In this document: one piece after another, positions 35,601 through 50,162 of the stretch | Position numbering within the stretch: position 1 is the first letter of the stretch | Layout: each line of letters begins with the position of its first letter | NCBI GenBank assembly: GCA_965285935.1 | Contig: OZ260667.1 | Location: forward strand, 36,952,001-37,016,000 | DNA: 64,000 bases | Direction of reading: 5' to 3' | Origin: Ophelia neglecta | Taxonomy: Eukaryota | Translations under genes and position numbers: made by a program | The notes under the pieces: generated by a model | Seen by the model: only the letters and a program-made list of their open reading frames with translations | The model's database searches: none | What the model was told of the DNA's origin: nothing

Positions 35601-38600
35601 TCATTCCATGCAGTGAGCATACTCTGCTATCTCAAGTTGGCAATACAATCTGCCAGAAAACCCACATGTCATATAAGAGTCTGGGTTTACAGCCTCTACA
35701 ATCACTTATTAATAATTAGTTAATTAATCAACTATTGTGCCTCTGGTGATTAAAAACCGTATTCTCATTAGCATTCTATACACAGGTAACTAATTTCACT
35801 TATTGTGTGAAATCTTCCTAAATCTTGACCCTTTTGTGGTCACTACATCATATCTGTAATAACTAAGGGCCGTGATGGGATTGATTACTGAATTACATGC
35901 CTCTGATGTGTACACATATATTGTATATATGGCTGGGTAGCCTCGTAAATACTTTAGCCTGGGTGACTAGGTTTACTTGATGGCCTATTTCTTCTGTCTC
36001 CCTCTTGGTAATGGATTGCCTGCCCAATGGGCTTACCCAGAGTAGATCACCCAAATCTGCCATTGCCCACCATTGCATATTAAGCCTGGTGTCAAGAACA
36101 AGAGGGGGTGGCGGTTCACATTCAAGTTGTGTTGTTCTCAGTGCATCAATAGTAAGTGAAATGGATTGTGATGACAATGTGCTCAATACTGCAGATGATT
36201 GATGTTGTCTTGCTGGGATACATGCCTTTTCTTCTCAAAATGACCAACTTAACAATGTTCATTACATAGCCTGCTCCAACTTGTACTCGGCTTAGGAAAC
36301 ATTAAGCCAAGTTGTGAGATGAAATTCTGATTAAAAAATACCAGTTGTAAATGTTTATCTGCACTGAACAAAACTTCACTTGCTGTGAATGTTTTGTCAA
36401 CATACTTGACAATCTGACATTCTAGCAATTTTGCCTGCCAATCTTGTAATACTTCATAAACAGTCAATGTGCAAGCATCCAAAAGTGACATAAAATAACA
36501 ACTAGAGTGCTGTTTGCTTATTATCACACTTGGTTTACTGACACATTACAGTAGATATTTATGAACAAAACTACAAGAAAGTTCCACTTTTTTGAAGTGA
36601 ACTAATTTAAACAGTATGGTTTAAATTGGCCTGTGAGGTATTACCTAGTGGGCTGGAATAAGGGCAACATACATGCAAGGCAAGAAAGACTAGGTAAGAA
36701 ATGGGGTCAGCTAGGCAAGAAATGGGGGAGAGATCAGCAGAATAGCGCAGCCTGGCAAGAATGAGGGAAACCCGATCTGGCAGACAACTGTCAGGCAGTT
36801 ATCAGCTACCCCAGGGCTAGGGGCTAAGTTGAGAAACAGATAAACAACACAGAAAACTCTATCCTAAGTATATAGATGCATTGTCCAGAGACTCCTTATG
36901 ATTAGATATTTCATCAGGTCAGGCTGGGGCACATCTTCAGGAGTGAATACAGACATTGATATAAAACTCAGGAAGTTGAGTGCAGCAATCAGGCAGGTCA
37001 GTGACCATGAGGGCTACATGACCAGACAAACATCAGATAATTCTTAGATCAAGCAGGCCCTATCCCGTTAGTCCCTCTCACACACTTCTGCTGAGCTAGC
37101 TTTTGGAAAAAGAATAATTTCTTATCATGGTTTGGTTTATTTTCGCATTCCCCACATGTTTTTATCCCAAAAATCTTCAATGTGTCAATGTATCAATGCT
37201 GAGTCTGCTTCTGGCAGTATTGATCGAAGGTGGGCACATGAGACATGGGAGCACATAACCCCTGCTTCCATTGTTCATCCTTGAAACAGTCTCTCAGCAA
37301 ACCTTACATTCTACTTGTGTAAATAGTGATAATTTGGGCCTTTTCAATTATGGGCCAAATGTACACAGAAGCCGCTCAAACTCATAATGACTTAGCGTGT
37401 AGAATTCTGACAAACAAGGCGCCCAATTACACTCTCAAATCTGCAAATCCAAAGTCTCAACCTCTTTTTTATGAGGCATTCATGACAGCATAATGTTAAG
37501 CTCCTCAATATGTTTTAATGCATTCCATTCAAAATTGTAACAAAACTTGTCCTAACTTTCAGCAAGTTTGGCAATCCATTCACAAGTTTATTCCCTTGGT
37601 ATTTTTTTGTTTATCTTTGTGAAAATGGAAAGGCACTTTTTTGCAATTTACCTAGTACTTTCTTTAAATAACTATGTGTATCAGGCAGCCAAATTAAGGG
37701 TTGAAACAGTAGACTGTGTAGGATGGCGCCCGGCCTCAATGTGTTTGTAGAGAGCTGCGGAGGGAGGTGTCGGTTGTGCAGATCTGGTGGCTTGATTTAG
37801 TACTAGACATTTCATGCCAGGTACTTGTCTGTGAAGTGTTTGTCTGGAAATAAACCAAGAAATATTTATGGCAGCCAACATTTTCATCCATTTCACCTTT
37901 GGCACCATCCAAGGTTTTCATTTGAAATTCCAAGCCATCAAAACACGGCTTTGGAATCAATAGATTGGTGGAAATTGTGCATTGAATAGACCAGGATACC
38001 AGTGTGCAAAAAATGGTAGAAATGGAGGAGCTTCTTGGGTTTTCTTGAGAAAAGATGTACAGTTTCTCTTACCACCTGGAAAACTGCCAAGAACACATCA
38101 CTCTTCAGATCATTTTGGTCAGATGAAGAGTGAGAGACCAAGGCACAGTCTACAACCAGGGGAAGCGTGGCTTTGCCCAACACAACTTGGGGCTTCCCAC
38201 TAGTATTTCGCAGCCTGGCAGAGTGAATGACACAGTGTTGGCGCCTCTGCCAAATTGTAGCCATTCATTTGTAACTTATCAACATGATTTGTGGGGGAGG
38301 GAGCAGCCATAGCTGAGAACCTCACATCTCTTGGTGTCATCTACAACTAAATGTTTTAGATCTCTGAAAAATTCCTTGTTCTGACAGCAGAGGGCTGTGA
38401 TTGCAGCCACAAAATCCTTACAAGAGGGTTAGTCCCAAACCAGACCTTTTCTACAGCTTGTAATTGAAGCAAATTGACCTGCATTGAGGAATTATGACTC
38501 TCTAAATAACAAATTGACCCTTAATGGGACACAGGTTCCCATAATCAGTAATTTTAAGCCCAAGTTTTTCCTGGCACGTTGGGCAGAATGTGCTGCGATT

Positions 38601-41600
38601 GCTGCTGCCTCATCAAGAGCAATCTTGCCTGTGATGGAGGACACAGGCAGCTTTTTATATGGGGCATGATTGATATAACAGCATAGTAATTTTCCTCCAT
38701 TCCTTCCTAGTGTAATACAGGTCTCTGGGACTATCATTACCCCCAACCATCGGCTGACATGCTGAATCCCACTTTCCCCGCCAACATGATAATAGCCAAT
38801 TAGGGGCAAGGATGACATTGATGGAATTTCTTGGCAATCATGCTGGCCAGCCAATTTCATAATGAACTGACTTGGCTGCTGAGTGTCATCTTGGTCCACC
38901 ACAGGGTTGTCCAATAGTCACACTTTGCTGGCTAATATCCTGATATTATATTTGCAATAAAGGAAATATACATGCCATGGTCAACTTGTGCCACAATAAA
39001 TCATCCGACTCTCCAGTCTTGGCTGGCAATAATCTGGAAGCAGAACTAGAACGGCTCCCGGGAAAAGAATCACTGCCATTGGAGGCAAAAATCCATCAAA
39101 ATACCAATCATTGTGTGCAATAAAATTCCAATACTCCAGTAAAAGCAATACAAGAATACAGCTATTACGGCATTGTGGAGAAAAATGGTGGATTGTTGGG
39201 TAATTTGTATCATTCATGACCCCAACCTAATATATTACATGAATTTAGCTTCCAATCTGGCATGTAATCCCACAAATATCCAAAACAGCCAGCTAGAATT
39301 TCAACTCAAACTGAAATGTAGTATTTCTAAAGCAAATCAATGATAATATTCATGGTAGGAAGTTGTTAATTTTGCTAAATGTATGATTACCATTACCAGA
39401 AGCTGCGTTGAGGGTAATGCTACTCTGTGTTTCCCACAGGAAGGCCACAATAGCATTGTAGGTACACTTTTGCTATCAAATTGGTATATCATTTGAACAG
39501 CAATACAAAAAGAGGTGACTGATTGACCTGCAATGACTGTAAAATGCCAGATGAATAATTTATAGTTGTATTTCATAAGGGGAATTGATTCTCGATTATC
39601 AGATTAGTGAGTGCTGTTGGAGTGGGAAGGCAATACGGGTGGTGTTTCTTGAAAACTCGTCACTGCCTTCTCTGCTGATATATGTGCTCTCTGATTTGAG
39701 TTGACTGCTCCCAAATAATAGGAGGCAAATTCCTGTCTAAGCCAGCCACTTGAGTAATCCACTTGACCTATATTATCTTCTCTAGCTCAGTAATTAAGCT
39801 CCATCCTCCTGCAAGCTATAAAGCAAATGCCAGTTACTTTTGCTAATCGAGCAAAAAAAAAATGGAACAATGCACACACAAATTTATTGAACTGCCAAAA
39901 TTCACAGCAAACATAAAGCAGATGTTCCTAAATGAAGTTGGAAACATGTACCCACTTGTGCATTGGCATTTTAATAATTTGGATTCTCTTACAAATAATA
40001 CTAATTTTGCATAGCAATCCAATAAGGCAAAATAGCCACTGTAGGAGGGGCCACATCTTGTTTGGTTATCCCTCTTGGCAACCTACCGTATCTATGTAGC
40101 AGTTCTTCTTGTAAGAGACAGACAAGAGATTGCCATGTTTCCGCTGAGGCTTGATTTGGCTGTTTGTTGGCCTTTAATAAACATTCAGGTCTTGCATATG
40201 TTCTGTGTGGAGAATCCCTCAACCAGGGAGTCACACATACTTGGAAACAAGGCCATTTATTTGTGTCATTGGCACATGCCAGAATTGCAAAGGATCTACA
40301 AGGGTAGAAACCAGTGGATAGCCTTTTAGTCTGATATGGCATCAACTTGATCACTGGTCCCTGTGTTGCATCTTTTATGACCCCAGTCCTGAAGTGCACA
40401 GCACCCATATCAAGCCTTGTTTGTGCATGACACAAATTCCTATCTAGAATCTTGCCGGCTGGCAAGAAAGACATTAAACAAACTGTAGCAAGCTCCTTCA
40501 GGAAATATGATAGGAATAAAACGTCAATGATTTGGCACATAAACTGCCAGGCTTCCACATCTGGCTAGAAACAAGAGCCTGGGTCAGTACTTGGTCAGTC
40601 ACACGGTTGAACACAGCAGCCAGTAACATCATTACAAGACTGGTCTTCTAAGAAGACATGACCCAATTCCCTTCCTATAGGATTGTAAGGGTCACACAAA
40701 GCATCACTTCATCACTTCATCAAATGGCATATTGCCTATTGCCATTCCAATTTACTTTTCAGATACAATATGCAATTTCCATTTCTTTTAATATAGACCC
40801 AAAGCTATTGGTTTGTTAGTAAATTGACTGCTTTATCAAGATTTTGATGATCCAAATACTGTACAACTTATAAAAACAGGGCAAGCAATTTGCACAAATA
40901 TCACTCTAGTCCATTTGTTAAGTTTTGTTTTAGCAATGAAGCTCACAAGGGCACCACCAACAATTGTAACAGACCTCCATAATGCTACAATATAGATTGT
41001 CTTCTCTAAACATAAAAGCATGCAAGCCAATTTAAAGGCAATAAAAGGAAAAGGAGTCTGGCAAAATTATGTTTTGCAGAAAAAGAGAGTATAGCAGAGA
41101 GATGCATTGAAAAGTTTCAGATTTTCTCACTTAATAGCCCTGCCATGATGAGTACAGGGCTAAGGAATAATACATTTGGTAATTTGAGAGACAAGGGTCT
41201 CACTTATGGCGCAGCATGCTCAAAATCAATGTCGACAGTTGATTCAGCAGTCGGAACAAAACATCAGTTTGGCCCCACTCAGGCAATCATTTGATGATTA
41301 AACCCCAAATAGCAATGAAAAGCTGATCCAAGTACCTAACCCCTAATCAAATTTCTGTCAGGTACTGCCCATTACAGATGTAATAACAAAGTAGAATTTG
41401 GTTGCATGGCCATCTTTGATTCAAAAGGTAACCATAAACCAGTCATAGCTATACAAGCCTTCTGTGCAATTGTTGCACCATAAAACTTGCCATCTCCTAC
41501 ACATGAGCTGTGCAGACATTTTGGCCCCCCAGCCGGCAATCCATGATGGATGCCAGCCTCTAAATCACAGCCAGTCATCATACTCTGTGTCTTGGGTATC

Positions 41601-42774
41601 AATGCAAGAGGCAGCAGTCCTTTAAGGAAGACGTCTTGGAGCTGCGAGACAGTGAAGCGCCATTTGCCAGGGAGCCAAGCCAATATTCCCTTTCTAACAA
41701 TGGGATTAGCCAACAAGATGGAATACGTAGCTCCTTGGCACCAAGGCGAAAAACAAATCGGCCAAAAGAACGGCCTTCCTTCAATACAAGCGCTCATACA
41801 AAACAAGCCCCAGACTTTTGATTGCTGTTCTTACTTTCCCTGCAATCTTTTATCGATATTAGTAAAATCAAATTGGTACATTCCCATGAGACAGGAATTC
41901 AATGCAGGTCAAGAACCAGTGATTGTCCTATGGCCAAAGGTTCAGGCAAAGAGATAGCACCAACTCAGGCTGTGTATCTGCTCAAGTAGTAAATGTGCTT
42001 GTCCCTGAAGTGTGTTTAGATGGGTGAAAGATAGAAAAGCCTGCACATGCACCAATACAAACCAAAGGCCACATCATGATGTGTCCTGCCTAACATTACA
42101 ACGATTATAGCATACAGCCATACCAACAGTGGCACGCAAACCAGGGCAATGGTAATGAACTGTTTTGTCCTGAGGAGAGAGACTACACGTAAACTAACCT
42201 GCACCGAGGGCAGCCTCTCACAACCAATGGCTGGAGCAGCCTAATTCATTCAGCTATCTTCAATGCAGTTCTTTGATTATAATTCAAGCAGGACCTTTGG
42301 GTGGCCTTATTTCCTGGCACTACTATCTCCAGTCGACAAGCCCTCTTCTCAATGTCAGCGGCTAAGATTGGCTGTGAATATTGGTCTGGCTTTCCAGCTG
42401 ATTGCTTGTCCATGTCACCTATTAAACTGCCATTACTCAAAATTAACGACTAAGCTGACAGGGAGGACAGTGGCATTCATTTCCAAATATGAAATATGAT
42501 TCCAGCAAATAGCTACAGAGCAATGAGACAGGGTTGTGACACTTCTAGATTCATCAATATCACAAGGATGATCTGTACCCATATCACACAAGCATACTAC
42601 GAGCAAACCCCACTATATCTGTCAGCACTGTGGCCTGGATTTTTATATTTCTAATAAAACAAAAATGTTGACCACATTCATTTTATTCGTTGGGTGCAAG
42701 TTTGCCTCCATCATTCAGATTGAAGACCATCATAGGGCATATCAGTCTCTAGCTAACCCTGGGGGGGGGGGGTG

Positions 42775-43072
42775 GACTGCCTCTTAGCCTGCTGATGAAT
42801 GTCTAGCCAACCCCACTGTGCCTGCCACCTAGGCCCTGATGAGTGTCTAGCCAGCCCCGCTGTGACTGACTTCTGATGAGTGTCTAGCCATCTCGTCTGA
42901 CTGCCTCCTAGCCCCTTCGTCTGACTGCCTCCTAGCCCACTGATCAGTGTCTAGCTAGCCCCACCGTGACTGCCTCCTAGCCCCCTGATCTGTGTCTAGC
43001 TAGCCCCACCATGACTGCCTCCTAGCCCCCTGATCAGTGTCTAGCTAGCCCCACTGTGACTGCCTCCTTGCC
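42775..43072. repeat. Intronic minisatellite, 45-bp unit GACTGCCTCCTAGCCC(A/C)CTGATCAGTGTCTAGCTAGCCCCAC(C/T)GT, about 7 full or partial copies
   Basis: Three near-perfect copies at ~42923-43057 plus diverged or truncated copies. Immediately preceded by a G13 run. Confidence 0.92.
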
Positions 43073-46000
43073 TCTTGCTTATTATCCTAATCATTGTAGT
43101 ACATTACAAATTTGCCACATTGCTATTACTAGTGATGGTCCCAGGGGTCTGGTTCGCTGCTCCCTGCCTTCAATTTGCACACATCATGTGTTCTGAAGAG
43201 CCATCACAGTGAGCTACAGCCATGTAAATGTCTCCATTGTCTAAGCATGCCAGAGTCCACCAGTGAAATGTCACCCTTTATAAGAACTAATATCAGTTGA
43301 TGAAAGGTTTAGCAAAGTCCCGTGGGCGCATTTTGGCCCTTTGGCAGTGATTCCTGATGGGTAGACTGGCTTGGGTTTTGCCTGGTGCTTAGTTTAATGA
43401 TTTTTTTAGAACCCGATACAATACACCTGTACCTCATGCGTCAAAGCCAGAGCAGATACTATTTTGATATGACGATAAAGCACAGGTTTTGTGTTCATAG
43501 CCATCATGAGACGGGTAATATATCAGATGCTCGAAACAAATGGGAATCCAATAGGTGCTACTAGACAATGTTAATGGCACCTTTCCATTCTACTCTATCA
43601 ACATGGATGCATATTGCTATAAAATAATCATGTCAAACCATGCTACTTACATTAGATGAAAGTGGGCAGAACATTTAGTTGATCTATACTACTAGGCCCA
43701 CGAGGTTTGTTTGCCAGCCTATTGGAGTAGAGTTTGTGGCCTCCGGTTGGCTGACAGGGTGTAGGCTGACAGGGTGAAGCCCACGGGTGAAGAACCCCGG
43801 CAGGTGTAAAACATTACACACCCCAATGAGTCAACACCAAATAAAACTATAATTAATGTGTGTACGGCTGGAAGCTGGGGCAATAATACCAGCTTTGTGG
43901 GGTGATAAATGCCTGGTTAATAATGATGTGATCATATACAGATATGATAAAATAATAGAAGATAAAATGTGATTGGCAGCTGTCGCTGTTCACTGATAAA
44001 CTATCTGTGTGCTGACTGTCATCAACACATCAATAAAAGTGGCCACGAATTCCATCCATCCCTCCCCCCCCCTCTCCCTCTTAACCCTTCACTGGCGCTT
44101 ACTGGTATACACAGATATGTATAACACAAACAACAAATAACAACTGCTGACATTTGTTTATTTATTCACAACAAATGAGGAGCATCCACACCCTCCCCCA
44201 CACAGGCACACAATGTGATTAATGAGTTATTAACATCTTAAAGACTAATGACTACATGTAAAATATTATCATTGTGTGACACAAAGTGGGTGTGTGGACA
44301 GGGGCAAGGACTGGCCAAGCTTTGGTGGAAAAAAGTCAGAGAGTTTAAGAATTGTGAGTTAATTGAAGCACTGAGACAGCTGTGGCTAAATCATATATTA
44401 GGGATCACAGGCTCAGTTCTGGAAAACCTTTTCCCAATAACATACAGTACAATTATAAGGTTTTTTTTGGTTTGGATATATTAGCACTAAATACACCTAT
44501 TAAGCCAGGAGCCAGAAACTGACAAATTCACATGGGACTTCTTTTCATGGGAACATTATTCAATGCCCTCACCACCAGATTAAAAACCATATTTATACAG
44601 CATAAATGCTAAAATATATCTTTACAGTTTATTGCTAGATATGGATTAGGAGCAAAACTTTCCTCTTTGGCTGGATCGGTTATTAATAGTGGTAAACAAG
44701 TTTTAAGCACTTGCCTACAGTATGTTGTCAGGTCTCTTAGTCAGCAAACCACCCAGCACTATACATCAATCAAACGCAATTCACTGTCAATTCAATACAC
44801 CTAGGTCTCCATTTTGAATATCTCCTCTCAGGCTCGGACATGTCGCCAGGATATACGTATATTCCATACAAGAACCCAATTCACAAGTAAACTTCACACT
44901 TTTCATACATTCAAATAGCAAAGGCCCAAGACCCAGCACATAAAGGGATTCTATCGGAGTAGATATTTGACTTGTGTGGACTTATTTGCAGTAAAGCCAA
45001 GTAAACTTGATTAGGGTTTGGGTCTTCTAAAGTTCCTCTAATACAAACAAATTGTAGGTCAGAGTTACTCTCTCATATCAGCTCCACAGAAATTGACAAA
45101 GAATACTACTATTTATCTTTAATTATTACAGCTGAAAGTGTTTGACATCACAGCAAAACTTCTATATTAGACAGCTATTAGAATCATATATAAAGCTAGA
45201 CTGATTGCCTCTCTGCAAGCTTTGGGTGTCAAAAGGGAGCAAATGTAGGAAATATGGGCTAAATGGGCCCTGCACCACTTTAAACAAACCCTTAGGGGCT
45301 TAGCATGGCAATCTAATTTAGGATCTTCAACAGAATACTCAAATATCTCTAGGTGTAACATTCTAGGACCACTGTAGACAAGCGCAGAGATGGTTAAGAT
45401 TTTAGTCGGCTATGATCAATAGTAAAGTATCCCAGAGTAAAGTATTGGTCCTCTCTGTGGAAACTGCATTGCATGTCAGAGAGCTGTCCATCCTAGGGTA
45501 TCTGGCTGCTGAGGAGTAAGCAAGGAATTGCACAGCCATCCCATCTTCTGCCAAGCATTCCCCTGATTCCAGTTCAGACAGCTTTTGACATCTCGGAATG
45601 AGGCCCTCCTATGGCTGCTCTTCTAAACGGAGACACATTTTCCTAGCGAGCAAAACTGACGGAGAAGTGAACGGAGGGGCAAATTTTTATTTTAAGCTCA
45701 ATCTGGCCAGATGAATGACTGGCTACAAACCAGAGTTAATTAAACTGGGGCTCAAGCTGCAGTGTCGTTCTGCACCTTATCCAAAAGATCAACAAAGGCT
45801 GAAGTGGCAAAAAAAGTCTTGATATCCCAAGGTGAAGACGCACAGGCGGGCAGAAAGCAATCGCAGGACTGCAAGCAGATTGTCATGGTCAGGCAGCGAT
45901 AAACATTGCTAGCTTTATACTGCCTTAATCCAATTGTCAATGTGGCCATCCAATGGCTTGCCCATTTATCTCCATCATGTTGACTAATCACGTAACTACA

Positions 46001-49000
46001 ACACAAGCTGGCATTCCTAATTTCCATAACTACATCATAAACATGAAAATTTGCCAGTCAAAGCCAGGACCAGAATGTCTGGTAATCAGTGATAGCCTCT
46101 CCTCCAGCCTCCTCCTCCATTTATGTACATAACTACATCTATGTATTGGGTTTTAGAATTAGATTCATTACCTTCAGAGGGAAAACAGATGTACATGTAT
46201 GCCAGAAATATGTTCATTGTGTTTTGCTTGCTGCCACCAAAAAAAACAGACAAATATCATCTGTGCTGGACTCTAGGGTCTGGCCTGTGACTAGAGAGTT
46301 GGGCTGGTCATTAATTGTGCCAAGTTTAATGTTACAGGCATCCACAAATTTAAATATAGAGATACTAAAATAAAAGACTCTCTGTTAATCAATGCCAATC
46401 AATGACTAATCTATCGTGTCCAAGTTTCCCTGGCAGATAACTAAATTTTGCGGGCATATATGGCGATCTTAGATTGGTGATGATCCTTTTAGTTGTCCAA
46501 ACATGTCTTCCATACCCAGATCAATACATGATGCTACTCAGATCACATTCTTTATCTGGACTTGGAAAGACACTAAGGCAGAACAGTATCTAAAGCATGG
46601 CATTTCTGTCAGTTCTCATTGCCTGACTTAAGATGAAGATCACAAACTATGGACAGAGCAATATCTCGTCTGATTAGAAGAATTCAGTGGACACTAAGGA
46701 GTGTCCACTTCTATTAGCTTTAAACAAAGCATTCTGAGTGATCAATACTTTGACCCCCCAACCTGGTGACATTATCATAACAGGAGCCAGATGTTGGTGT
46801 CTGCTCTAACTATACTTTATTTAGTGCAGCCTGAACAGGAAATTTGACCTTCTTCATTGTATTTACAACAAACTTTTTTTTTTAGTTGGCAGAAAATGGA
46901 CCAAATATGACCAAGTTAAATCTTGAGTGGCCATTTTGTTTGGATGAGCCCTCAGATGACTAGCCATTGGCAATCGGCTGAGGCTTAGGAACATACATGC
47001 ACAGCATGTTGACGCTCCAAAAACCATTGAAACATATCGTCTTAAGTAAACATGGCAACTTTTGAACTAGAGGGCAAATATTGGGGCTCTGAAAGGTAGA
47101 ATAGTGAGATCAATGGCAGGACTTGGTCCTCAGCTAGTCTAAATAACCTCTTTGAGCTCAGCCATGAGCCATCGATGGCCTTCTCTTACAAAAGGGATGT
47201 CACATGACGGGAGCAGCTTCAAGGTGTCACCAATCATGATGGCGTGACACAGCCTAATGTTTGGCCATGTGCCTGACTAACGTGACCATCTTCTTATTCT
47301 GCCTAACCGTGCTGGTTCATATAACCAGAGTCCACCCCAGTAGTATTTGTCTGACAAGCACTTCACGTGTTACCAGCACTAGCTTTGCTCAGGCAGAGCA
47401 CATTCTCTAATTTAATAAACTGGGTGTTATTGTTTGATTAATATATGGACCATAATGGTTCTTTGCAGATGTACTTTAACATCTCCCATTATATTAATAT
47501 GGAACTGTAAAAATCATTGTACTGTTGATTTGATATTATATTGCCAAGAGGTTCACTATTATCACACTATGGTGCTGTGTGCTATTAAACGTCACGCTCT
47601 GGGAACATTATATAGTTATAGGGTGGAGTGCATGGAGGCAAATATTCCGTGCAGCTAATAGGACATGTTTCCTGTTTATTTGCCCTGTGCTTCATAAATT
47701 TAACCTCCCTCTTATGTGCTCTGTCCATACATGCTGGGCTGCACTTCAACCAAGGGCGTTATCAAACTTTATTTCGTTTCCTTAACCTGCTGACCTCAAA
47801 ATAATCAGCCATGTTTTTTTGTATTAGCTCTGCAAGGCCGGTAGCATCACCATGGATATCATGAGACACGGCGAGGTTTTAGCTGGCAAAAAGGCAACCC
47901 ATTTCAAATTGAAGATGCCACTGGGATATTATTTTGGTTGTGTTCGTGTGAGATGAATGTGAAAAAATAAAAAGTGCATTTAGATAAAGAAAACAACATT
48001 TTACAAAGTAGCCAATCAGACAAACACGTTTAATACATTGGCTTTAGCCCTTAAGGTGAAGAGTTTACAGTTGAACATAAAAGCTGAATCATACCCTAAT
48101 AAAAAATAGGTTCTACACCAGGCTGATGAATATCTTACTAATGCAGAGTTATGTTCAGCCATAAAAAGTAATCCATCTCCAAATGACCTATGAATGACCA
48201 GAACTCCATAGGCGCAAAGCAATCAATTTGGTTGCCACATCTTTGTATGATGCTTACTGAGAGTTTGAGTGGCGTGCGAAAGGCCAAGACGGGGAGACTC
48301 AACAAGGGAAGTGCGGGCCTTTGTAGATGGACATCCTCAAAGGAGAAAGGTTTTAGCCTCAATGGGTGGGGACAGTCGTGTTGGACACGGAGGGAGCAAT
48401 ATGGATCAGAGTGCCGACTATTTACAAAGAGTGCCACCATCAAAAGCACGTCACCAATGCCGCCCGTCCCCCCCCCATTTACCAAATCCTTCTCAGTCCC
48501 CTTCTCCTCACCACCCTTTGGCCTGTACCAGTTTCTTCTGCAAACAACAATATATGACCAAGCAAAATGAATCAGCATCGATTGAGAACAATTGGCGGCC
48601 ACTATGGTCAACTGGCCTGCTTAAGGATGTGTCACATCCACTTCTACTTTGGGCAATACTCTGATGACTAGAGTGTCAGGATTCTCAACTTAGGCAATAT
48701 CTTGGTTACTAGCCGGCAGCTTTTAATGGATCGGTGGCCCTTAGTGGATGGTCAGCGTCAGTCACAGCACAACGTCGGTGTCATGCTATTAGTAGTGGCC
48801 ATGGGGCCAGTTAGAGATCAAACTCACAGCACTGACATAATCAAAGTAACTTCATCCAATAACAGACTTTAGGTCAATAATAACCAATAAATATGTTTTA
48901 ATTTAGTCACCAATACTATTACCGAAGACGGTAAGCGGGTGAAAGTGAGGTTGACAGCCTAGCTAATTCCTACCGTGAATAACACTATACCCGGTAGCAT

Positions 49001-49199
49001 CAAATATTTAGGAATCAAAATAAATTGCCAGCATTATTGCTGTGACAAGGCTGGTATTTTATATGGCTTTTAATAATAAGATGTTGGACAGCTTTATAGG
49101 GCTTTGGCTGATAGAAGGAATGTACAAGGGTGCTACTTTATGAATCAAACCAACATTTCCTTCAATCTTTACATGCTGGGATACTGGGGAATCTTGGCA

Positions 49200-49301
49200 A
49201 GATGCTTTTTTAAACAAGTTATATTCAGTTTTGAATTGAATCTGGCACTTTGAATTGAATCAGATGCTTTTTTTAAACAAGTTCTATTAAATTTTGCATT
49301 T
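49200..49301. repeat. Imperfect local direct duplication AGATGCT(n)AAACAAGTTxTATTxAxTTTTGxATT
   Basis: Two copies starting at ~49200 and ~49262. Confidence 0.75.
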
Positions 49302-50148
49302 GTACAAAGTGTAACAGGAAATAATTTAACACCATTTCATGGGTGCCCCACCTCTACAGCCCGGCAATGTGCCATGATGACAAACCTTCAAAGATCTGCA
49401 ATCGATACACGTTATGGAGAGAAAAGTTTCCCAGCCCTGTACTCTGGAAATTGCATTTCTCCCTGAGTAAACCAGCCCAGTCTTTTGGAAGTAAGCAACC
49501 ATATACAAATGACAAAAAATTGATCCATATTGATTCAAATTTTCAGAGAATTAAAGGATATGAAGTCTGCAGTACTATTCAGTCAAGCCCACTCAGTGCC
49601 AGATCCTTTCAATACATGCTTTATTCAATAAGCACCATGGAAGTATTTTTAATGGGGTAATGCCCAACCGATTTCAATCTGAATTTTGTGGCTGTTGGAA
49701 GGTCCTTTGGAGAATGATGACAACAAGGCATTGCAAGTGCCACAAATGGAATTTCCTGTCATTTGTAACTAGAATAACAGCGCCAGATTCAAACAATCTT
49801 TTCATGTCTTATACAAGTATACACAGGCGAGTGCCAGATACATTATTTCTAGTCACCCCCTCCGTACAGACAAGGGTGAGCTGTTCACCATACAGAAATA
49901 CATTCTATCTCCAGTTTCTAGCCTATGTCTAAACAGCCATGTCATAAACCATCAATACCAGTCCAGCCAAACTGACAGCCAAGAGGTCTCGTCAGAACTT
50001 GGTTGGTCAGCAGAAAGAAAGTTTGATGGCATTTAAATAAAAAGCCATCCATCTTTGACAAACTAATGTGGTTAGGAAGGCAGACTAAGCTGCCATCACA
50101 GTTTCAACCATACACACACTGAATCAGTCCCAGGGAAATGTATAAAGT

Positions 50149-50162
50149 GTTACCATGGTAAC
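50149..50162. promoter_or_regulatory. RFX X-box motif GTTACCATGGTAAC
   Basis: Perfect 14-bp palindrome matching the RFX consensus. Function is inferred. Confidence 0.55.

Noticed and set aside
38073-38075. Second AG-NNN-GT pattern (ttttccag|GTG|gtaaga)
   Set aside because: A competing AG lies 8 nt upstream, and inclusion would add a Gly within the invariant RNP1. Treated as chance; it shows such patterns can arise randomly.
45657-45680. Loose resemblance to mature miR-184
   Set aside because: The seed is disrupted, there are several mismatches, and no precursor hairpin is evident.
46686-46709. Perfect 10-bp hairpin AGTGGACACT-aagg-AGTGTCCACT
   Set aside because: Isolated, with no flanking TSD, U-tract or other context. 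One such palindrome in 64 kb is plausible by chance.
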